A model generated the notes under the pieces. That model was not told the origin of the DNA, did no database searches, and saw only the letters and a program-made list of their open reading frames with translations. DNA of 64,000 nt from Chara braunii (taxonomy: Eukaryota > Plantae > Charophyceae), in assembly GCA_003427395.1 (NCBI GenBank), contig BFEA01000019.1:2386032-2450031 (forward strand). Direction: 5' to 3'. Below, piece after piece: positions 62,903 to 64,000 of this stretch. Position 1 is the first letter of the stretch. The number at the start of each line of letters is the position of its first letter. Position numbers and translations under genes: made by a program.

Positions 62903-62959
62903 NNNNNNNNNNNNNNNNNNNNNNNNNNNNNNNNNNNNNNNNNNNNNNNNNNNNNNNNN

Positions 62960-63015
<56 letters not shown>

Positions 63016-63715
63016 TGCAGTCTCAAGCTCTCCCCCTCACTGCCCTCTCCTCACCAACGTGGCTGCTTGGTAGCATATGGCGTCTCCGGCGCGCATTCTC
63101 AGACGGCGAAGTTTATTGCTGCTAAGCGCAGACAGGTGCGGCAGAGATTTCATTTTCACTTTTCTTTTCTGCTGATTTGCAATTTTTCCCTTTTTCATTT
63201 TAGACATTCTCCTGTGCATCTTAACAGGAAGAGCGAAAGCAGTTGAGGCAGAAGCCATAGCTGCCTCTCCCTTCGCCCGCCCGCACTACGCTCCGACTAA
63301 ACGAACGCAGCGCGCGCTGGTGCACGTCACCAGCCCAATTTCCAGTTGAACTCAACCGAAAACTCCAGTCAACTGTTCCCATTGACTGGTCAGACTTTCG
63401 TGGAGCACCTCCGCTCCCACGCTCCTTCTTACTTTTTCCTATTTTTTCAAGGATCCCGGCTCCCCATTCTCGCCGCCGGCTGTGCCTGTGAATAACTGAG
63501 ACCCGCAGATCAGATCTGATTCAAATCCCACATCTCTCTGCCCCTACTACCGAGGCAAAACTGTCTCACCCACTCGTTGCTGGCCTTTGTTTCCCGAGCG
63601 CCCCTTTTTTTTCAGGGAACCTACAGTAGAGTAGTCCTACTGCGGCACAGTTCAAAACGCCCGTTTTTTGGGTTGAGATTTGGCCTTGAGATATCATCAT
63701 AGAACTGACTGGTCC

Positions 63716-63937
63716 GTCCTTCGGGACATCCGTTAAAATTGGAACGACACAGTAAAAAAAAAAGATCCTTCGATTTATGCGTGTCCTAAAAAATCGTAAT
63801 CGAGGGTGAAAAATGAATAATCCAGGGTAGTGGGATCTGACCCTAAATCGCCTACCGGTAGGACCAGTCAGTTCGATTTATGCGTGTCATCCTTCGATTT
63901 ATGCATGGGCCCTGCGCAAGGATGACACGCATAAATC
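63716..63937 (+). pseudogene. U6: Rearranged U6 snRNA copy split by an inverted duplication
   Basis: U6 5' part at 63716-63752 and U6 3' part at 63903-63937, flanked by the direct repeat gaactga(c/a)tggtcc (63702-63715 and 63938-63951). Confidence 0.85.
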
Positions 63938-64000
63938 GAACTGAATGGTCCTACCGGTAGGCGATTCAGGGTCAGATCCCACTACCCTGGATTATTCATT

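Overview
Repeat-rich eukaryotic DNA from a draft assembly, with several N-gaps and two Nextera adapter remnants. The plant-type U6, TTTAGGG-type repeats, an ETR-type ethylene receptor exon and heavy microsatellite load point to a streptophyte. My inference is a Chara-like charophyte alga; this is not proven. Two host genes are supported: the last exon (receiver domain) of an ethylene receptor at 1457-1835 (+), followed by three decayed receiver-domain copies, and a two-exon 117-aa coiled-coil protein at 53755-56473 (-). The rest is mostly mobile DNA. It includes L1-type LINE fragments, a nest of four related large TGTGA...TCACA LTRs (2.3-2.9 kb where both ends are visible) at about 14.3-27.9 kb, several MITEs, four U6 snRNA retrocopies, tandem repeats and microsatellites. 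Four observations stand out. (1) Three strongly diverged LTRs each encode a homologous small CxxC protein inside the LTR, downstream of its TATA box. (2) The same elements have no polypurine tract next to the LTR and instead carry a conserved inverted copy of the LTR terminus (...TCACA-NN-TGTGA...). (3) A dispersed repeat family carries type III hammerhead ribozyme motifs (3 copies). (4) U6 retrocopies occur at high density, and one is rearranged into a long foldback. All alignments were done by eye; no database searches were run.
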